A DNA stretch of 63,553 nt, filler included. It is 5 parts of 5 records of this genome, joined end to end, with 100 filler letters (N's around TTAATTAATTAA, not from the genome) between each part and the next. Parts side by side here need not be neighbours in the genome. Positions count along the whole stretch, not along the records: positions 56,979 to 63,553 come from SRR2962707_3394; 4 more parts are not named here. One strand, 5' to 3'. Positions 56,979-63,553 of this stretch are shown here, piece after piece. Each line of letters starts with the position of its first letter. The first letter of the stretch is position 1. The position numbers and the translations under genes are program-made. The notes under the pieces were generated by a model that saw nothing but the letters and a program-made list of their open reading frames with translations, made no database searches and had not been told where the DNA came from.

Positions 56979-58728
56979 ACAACAGCAGCAGCAGCAGCGG
57001 CGCCGCTTCCTCGGCACCCTCGTCGTCTCTCTTGAGGTTCCACCCGTCAGAAGCAGCGCTCTTCTCTTCGCCCGTTCAAGCGCTTCCGTGCGGCCAGAAA
57101 AAAGCCCGCGCAGCAGCAAACCAGCTCCGGGAGAGTGGAGGCGGGGGCGGAGTGGTCGCTCAGCTGGGCGGTGAGTCGGTGCGAGAGGTATTGAGAGCTG
57201 CTCGAAAGGTGCAGGAGGCAGGCTTTGCAGAGGTCAATCTGAATCTGGGGTGTCCAGCGCGTGGCGCTCAGGGTGGATCGTACGGTGCAACGTTGATGCT
57301 GCCTCAACATCACCGACGGGTTGTGGACATTCTCAAAGCCATGACTTCGGAACTGTCCATTCCCGTGTCGTGCAAAGTTCGGATAGGAGTGGACGACCAC
57401 GATAGGTGAGCGCACATTGGCTTTGCAGCGATCGATACAACCTTGTCAACAAAATTCATTCATCGTTTGTATTGATGCACGCCGGAACTTCATCATGGCT
57501 GCGGTTTACTTTGTCGATGTGCCTGCCAGCTACGAGTTTTTCCGCGATTTTGCGGAAATGCTGCACGTTGACGGCGGCGTTGACAAGCTTGTTGTGCACG
57601 CACGGAAGGCCCTGCTTGCTGGACTACCTGTGGACGCGGTGGCTCCCGGCCTGCGCGGCAGGAAAGGTCGCGCGAGTCCAAGGGACGGGCAGGAGTCTGT
57701 TCACTTTGTAACGACTCGTCAAAATCGTCTCCACGATTTGGTCCCGATTCGCCATGATTTCGTGTACCGTTTGAAGCGCGATTTCCCACACTTGCGTGTG
57801 GAGATCAATGGGGAAATCCGATCTGTGGTATGTGGCCTTACTGTTTCCTTGCACAATTGCGTGAAGTTTGAGCGTTGACTGAATTGCCTTCGTGTAGGAG
57901 GACATCCTTGACCACTTTCGCAACGGTGTTGACGGGTGCATGTTGGGCCGTGCAGCGCGAGACAACCCGTTTTTCTTTGCAAGCGTTGATTCGGAAGTGT
58001 TTGGCGACAGCAACACTTTGGGTGACATTCAGTCATTCGAGGTATGTCTTAACAGCCTTGTATCGACAGTATTCGCCTGGGTTGATCATTGACCTTACGT
58101 GCATCTCATGTTTGCGCAAGGTGCGGTGCGAAATCCTCGAAAAGTATGCTGAGTACTGTCGCTCCGAGCAAGCAGGAGGGTTCGAACGAAGCCGCGAAAT
58201 GTTGATCAAGTACGCCACAATTTTTTTCTTACTGTCTTTGGGGGATATCACATTTTTTGGATTATTTTTCCGCATCGGGTTGACACTTGTTGGTGCAGGC
58301 CAATGAACCAGTGGTTTGATGGCTTCACAAAAGAAAAGCGTGTTTTTGGTCATGCACTGCGTTCGACGCCGAAGACAAAGCGGTGAGAATGTGAAGCGAT
58401 TGCAAAGCCAAGCACGCACGTTGGTTGACCTGCAGAAATGCATGAGTGATCACACGTTTTGCGTTGTGTTTTTATCTGTGCCTGTGACAGTCCCGCGTTG
58501 CTTGCCGACGAAATTCACGAAGCGTTATCAATGGCGAGAAAAGCGCACTCTGGAAAATCACTGGCAGCTAGGCCTTTCAGCAGGCGGCAGAAGCCTGCCC
58601 AATCGCAAAAAGTGCAACGGGGTGACTCGTCACGTAAATCCGGTCGTCAACCACCGAGGTCGCGTGGGAAGTCAGCGCAAGCTTCCGGCGGGCGCCGAAA
58701 GCAGTCCCTGCGTCGCGCGACACGATGA
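56979..58728 (+). CDS. dusA: Spliced eukaryotic tRNA-dihydrouridine synthase, DusA-like, 5'-truncated
   Basis: Removing GT-AG introns 57406-57529, 57828-57897, 58042-58120, 58210-58298 and 58383-58490 gives one frame with QLGG, NLNLGCP, KVRIGVDDHDSYEF, VHARKA, LKRDFPHL..EINGEI, DGCMLGRAA.DNP. The last acceptor is the least certain. Confidence 0.85.
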
Positions 58729-58810
58729 TTGCATTTGCTCTCTTGAAAAGTAGCTTGCCAACAATTATTTATTTAGTCTCAGCACAACGCTCGCCACAAA
58801 ACGGCGGCAC

Positions 58811-61800
58811 TCACATCGAAGTCGGTTGGAATTTCAGGCCAGCCTTCTTTAATTCTTGAAAACTGTCCCTCGCCACGATCAGAACACTCTCACAATTGAA
58901 GTTCAACGAACCCAGCGCGCCATGTAACACGGCAATCGCGCCAGCAAAGTCAGATTGGAGTAGCAGAGCTCGCAGCGATCGTGCAAGTGCGATGGCAAAA
59001 CAAACGATAAACTCGACGTTAAGTCCGTTTTCACTGTCGTCGTCATGAGTCAAAAAAGCGTCCCACATCCGCTGCACAAAGCGCCACTGCACCCCCTGCG
59101 AAAACAGGGTCAACAGCCAAGGAAGGCTGTAAAATGTCGGAGTCAGTGCCGGCGATAGACTCATCAAGTGCTTGTGCAACGGCTTGTCGAGCAGCTTGAA
59201 AGCGCGCTGTAAAAAGCTGAGCGTCTCATCAAGACCGTCAGTGCAATGAAACAGCCGCCTCATGCGGCGTACCAAAGCACGAAAGCAAAAAAAGGTGTCA
59301 GCCTCAACTTCAAAAGGCGACGCCGACAACCAGTGTCTTTCCACGGTGCCACGGATCGAGGCATGGTCGAGACGGATAGCAATAGTTGGCTTTTTCGTGG
59401 AAAGCCCACGCAGACTGCTCGGCAGTCCGTCGATATCTGAGCTTACAGAATCCATAGAGTCGGCGCTGGACCGAGAGCCACGCCGCCGCCAGCCCGAGTC
59501 CGACCGCGACGAGCGCCCGGTCGGGGAGCCTGAACAAGCATGACACCAACAATCACAATGCAAGGCAATTGGTCATTCACAAGCGGCAGTGCGTTGTGCA
59601 TTATCAATCGTACGGACCCTTTGAAGCACGGGAGTCCTTCGGTTTTCTTTTAGTAAACTGTAGCGCGCGGACAACAGCCTGGCCAAATCTTTGGACACCA
59701 GTCTTGTCCAAAGCGCTGTTCATGAAATTTCCACCATCGTTGGCGGTGGCTTGGGTAGCGATAGCAGTTTCGATCAAATCCCAATCAACTTCTTCGCCCT
59801 CGGCCTGATACGAGCATAGCGCAAGAATCGCAGGCATTGGTTTGAGTGCTGGTTGAAGTTAGCACACGTCTGCACAATTGATAAAACCTGCGACGCAAAT
59901 CCGGCAACTGAACCTCCATGTCATTGTGAGACGCAGCCGCGCTTGCATAGGCACACCGAAGCCGCATCAGCAACTCATTGGGAGACATGGCGTCGCTGTT
60001 GTCAACAGGTCCTATCACTTGCAGCATTCGCCGCATTTTTCCCGGATCCGTCAGTAGTGTTTCAAGTGCATCGTCACTGTGAAGGTCTACCCCCCCTGAC
60101 AGGGACCACAAAACACGTGGGTGAGAAAATAGCTTGCTTTTCACACACTTGTTGCCTGAGAAGCTAATCTGCTGCAGCGGTGGCACGCACTGAGCATGTG
60201 GAACGAACCAAACATATCCCGGTCTCTCAGGTAGTACTTGGCTTCGTCTGCGTCGGCACTTGGACTTGTGGGGCGCGAACGAGTCACCTCCCGCTCGGAC
60301 CCACTGAGTTCTTGGATATCCGAGCCAATGCCCTCGACACTTGCGTTGGGCGACGTGCCAAGATCATCGTCGCGGAGGTTGTTCTTTTTATCGTTGAGAA
60401 ACTGATAATAAAGCGCTGCGCAAACATCGTGCATGCCCTAGATCGGCATCAATCACAGTCATAAATGCACACCGGGTTCAGGCACGCAGGATGAATATCT
60501 AATGAACACCGAATGAAAACTGGAAAGGAAGTGCACCTGCACATAGCTGATGTCCGGATGCATTTTTGCAAAAATAAACAGAATGCGCGCAACAGCGTTT
60601 CGGTGAGAAGCCGGGAAATCTTGTCGTATGCGCATCAGATCAACGTAAATCTGGCGCCGTAACTCCATCGTCGGAAGATCATCAAAAGCAAATTCGTTAC
60701 TTGTTTCCTGCTTATCAGCTATCTGCGCTTCAGAAAGAGCGACATTTGTTGCGTGGCTCATGCACCTCCACGTGGGCGCGAAAGCCGAACGAAGACAACG
60801 ATATTTGACCCTCCTTGAAAACACAGCAAACTCCCATCGACTTGGTGCCCACGGAAGGTAACCGAGCAACAACTTCCAGAGCATGGAGCGCAGCAACGAG
60901 CTATTTGCATGTGACATCATCACACCTGTGTGACAAAACAACTCGCCATTGCACAATCTACTGCATCACTGCAAACATGGCAGTAACGCGCTTACCTGTG
61001 GTGCTCGACTGCAGCGCCCGCAATGCACATGCCCTGTATGTCATTTGACGACAATATTGGAATGTCCGGCAACTGAATCCCTAATCCGAGCATCTCAGCC
61101 AACTGCATCCCGCGCGCAGACTCCAAAGCATGGATTTTTTTGACTGCGGCGGCATTTTTCTGGTGCGCCTGAAACATGCGTGGTGACTTTTGTTGCATTT
61201 CGTCTAGTGGCGAAAGTCCATCACTAACAGTGCGACAGCGCAACGGCACAGAGCGACATTTGTGCGCATGAGCAATGAAAAATCGACGTTCTCAGAGTCA
61301 AAGAGCTTCGATGCCGGATGCTCGCAACTCACGTACCTATTTCGTGAGCTTGGTTTTGCCCCAGCGCCCAAAAGCAAGTGAAACATCTTTGTGTTGCCCA
61401 ATCGGGCCGCCAGATGCAGCGGCGTCATGCCGTACTTGTCGGCGATGTTGGGATTGGCGCCCAGACCTACAGAGATTGACTCGTTGCGTTATTGTAACAT
61501 TGCTTAGATCACCAACCAGGCATGCGCATTGTACGTTGCTCACCGAGCAGAAATTGCACAATTGTGAGGCAATTGATACGTGCAGCTGTCAGAAGCAAAG
61601 TTTGGTGGTTTGGAGGGACAGCGCTGTCGATACACAACTGAGCCTATCCAGCAAAGAAACGTTTGTGGACCCCACCAAACGGAACATTTTCAAAACAACA
61701 GGAACTGAAAACGAGAAATGAACATTTAGCAATCGGCACTGCGCACCACAGAAGGATGCTTTTCAAAAATAATTTGAAAGTGTTTGAAATCCCCGCTCAT

Positions 61801-62955
61801 TGCGTGGTCGTGTAGCGATTGCAAAACTGATTGTTGGAGTGCATCCTTCTCCGACACTTGCGCGTGCATTGGCGAATCGGTAGCGCGGCTGTATCTGTTT
61901 CAAACACCAGCCGGCCAAGACTTGCGTTATAATGAGGAACAGTCTCAAAAGCAAAGTGCGACCAAACACTTGCAGCACGTACTTCTTTTCAATGCCGTGT
62001 TTGAGCTTGACAAGATGCCGAAGTGTTGATGCTGCAAGTTCAAGGTTTCGCATGGCTGTATGGTGCGACAGTGTTGCAGCTCGGCATCTTTGCTTGGCGG
62101 CTTCCAAAGCCTGCTGCGCATCATCGAGCTCTTTCTCTGTGCAAGAGAGCTCCTCCGTGACCTTCATCAGACCAACGCAAGATTTTCAGAACAAGTTGGT
62201 CCACCAGCGGGCATATCGGGTGAAACTCATGTGCGGGAACAAATCACCTCAAGGAATTTGTCATCTGCTTTTTTCATTTCCACGTCGATCCATGCCGCTT
62301 CAATCGCATCGCGAGGTGACATTTGAACACCCCTGAAAGGCGCTGCGGCCTCAGGGGTTTGAGCCCCGGAACCACCACCACTGGCATTTCCAGAACTGGG
62401 AGCGTCTCTTGCCTTAATCGCTGCATTCCGGGGATTCGTGTCTTCGGGTTCGAAAGCCACCGCTCCTTCACCTCGACTCGTCTGAGCCTGAACGGAGCTG
62501 CGTTCGGCAGACGACAGATTTGGGGAGGACGGCACGCCCACAGATAAACTGTCGTCATCGTCGTCAGGATTCCTCTGATCGGAAACGCCATCTGCTACTG
62601 GAACGCCAACATTGGTCTCGTCGCTGCTATCTGAACTGTCCAGGTCAAATTCGTTGACAACCACAGGAACGCGAACGTGCGAGACCGGGGCTGGCTGAAC
62701 GGGCATGGAGGAAGTCTGCTTCGCAAGCTCGCGCTTTGCTCGGAGAGAGCGCCGTCTCTCTTTCAGCCTCTCTCGCGCTTTCGCGTTCGGGGAGCCCACA
62801 AGCACGACACTCTCTTTGGCGGCACTCGGCACTCTGGCGTCTTGTTCTGGCTGGCTCATGGGTAAAAGGGAAGTGGATTGTCCATTCCCTTCAGGGTCAG
62901 GACTGTTCATTTGCATCTTTCGAGCCTGAATGCGCGCGCGTAGACGCTCTTTCAT
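58811..62955 (-). CDS. Spliced eukaryotic gene: low-complexity N-terminus, coiled coil, ankyrin repeats and TBC (Rab-GAP) domain
   Basis: Ankyrin GANPNIADKYGMTPLHLAARLG (exon 61337-61466). TBC motifs RSMLWKLLLGYLP, R-finger IYVDLMR, Q-finger YVQ|GMHD across intron 60438-60536, EADTFFCF, WLLTLFSQ, RMWDAFL. Exon model only partly resolved; start 62955 or 62976. Confidence 0.75.
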
Positions 62956-63340
62956 GTCGACTGCGGTAGATTGCATTCGTGAATGCAACACCAAACGCAA
63001 TCACAGCAAGCTTGGGCGCTTCAAAACGTCAACATCATCACAGGGTTGAATCGAGCTGGTATTTTAGGCACTCGGCGAAGAATATCAGCAAGCGATCTCG
63101 TCGATTTCAATGCGTGTTTCAACACTGCAGGGCTTTTCCCGTCCTGTATTTCGTGGAAGTTTGGCCGAAAACTCGGTTCTTGCGGCTCGCCCCTGCGCTG
63201 CTTCGGTATCAATGCCCCGTCCTTCAATCATGCGCTGCATCCCGGTGCGATGCTTCCACCAATTCCGCCTTGTCCCCGCTCGTACCGCAGCAGCACACAC
63301 TCTCTCCGCTACTCAGGGACGAAAAGATACGGAAGCAAAC

Positions 63341-63553
63341 GAGCGAGCGAGCGAGCGAGAGCGGCTAGAGAAAGAGAGAGTCACAACATCGCCAGTGGGT
63401 GAGTGGATGAGCAAGTTCGGGAGTGAGTGAACTCGTTAACGTAGTTTTGAGTTTGTGCGTTCGCGCGTGGGTCCGTGAGTTCGCGCGTGAGTGAGTGGGT
63501 GAGTGGGCGAGTAGGGGGGGTGGGTGAGTTCTTGAGTTCGTGAGTTCGTGAGT
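63341..63553. repeat. Simple-sequence/low-complexity repeats
   Basis: (GAGC)n and (GA)n, then degenerate GTGA/GAGT/GAGTTCGT units running to the end of the window. Confidence 0.8.

Noticed and set aside
56981..56998. CAG/AGC run as a polyglutamine or functional repeat
   Set aside because: In the DusA frame it encodes a short poly-Ser tract; an ordinary microsatellite.
57032..62336. Fragmented ORFs as pseudogenes or frameshifted bacterial genes
   Set aside because: The breaks coincide with GT-AG introns whose removal restores conserved motifs.
62979..63430. Three overlapping plus-strand ORFs upstream of the TBC gene
   Set aside because: No recognisable motifs, and they run into microsatellites; probably UTR or intergenic sequence.
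63395..63553. GT/GA-rich terminal repeats as a telomere or CRISPR array
   Set aside because: Units are irregular, with no fixed telomeric period and no repeat-spacer structure; low-complexity DNA at a contig end.

Overview
This is not one genome region. It is five unrelated contigs joined by 100-bp artificial spacers (44 N + TTAATTAATTAA + 44 N) at 15120-15219, 43323-43422, 51404-51503 and 56879-56978, so adjacency across a spacer is meaningless. (1) 1-15119, GC-rich and probably gammaproteobacterial: the 5' part of an iron-regulated lipopeptide siderophore cluster. It has a PvdS-like ECF sigma factor, a PvdE-like exporter, a PvdA-like ornithine N5-monooxygenase, a FAAL-ACP-C-A(Asp)-T-E-C-A(Dab)-T NRPS and a truncated second NRPS, consistent with a marinobactin-like product. 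(2) 15220-43322, Roseobacter-like alphaproteobacterium: core genes (two PLP aminotransferases, PTP-msbA, GT2, ygfZ) are followed by a ~16.6 kb catabolic block, then a LacI-regulated polyol ABC operon. The block holds a TTT transporter, a secreted B3-type metallo-beta-lactamase-fold hydrolase, two FAD-linked 2-hydroxyacid dehydrogenases, GntR, a ThDP enzyme, an ALDH, a TRAP transporter, an amidase and LysR. (3) 43423-51403, Bacteroidota housekeeping genes (gyrB end, M1 peptidase, DUF1573-like protein, trpS, phospho-sugar mutase, Ca/Na antiporter, pgi start) plus a 40-aa membrane ORF absent from the ORF track. (4) 51504-56878, alphaproteobacterial (Thalassospira-like) OmpR/EnvZ-type pair and a 960-aa chemoreceptor with a repeated helical sensor domain. 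(5) 56979-63553, eukaryotic DNA with two convergent spliced genes: a bacterial-type DusA and a coiled-coil/ankyrin/TBC Rab-GAP. The best candidates for something undescribed are the catabolic block, whose enzyme set follows mandelamide-pathway logic, and the siderophore NRPS. All family and taxon assignments come from motif recognition by eye; no searches were run.
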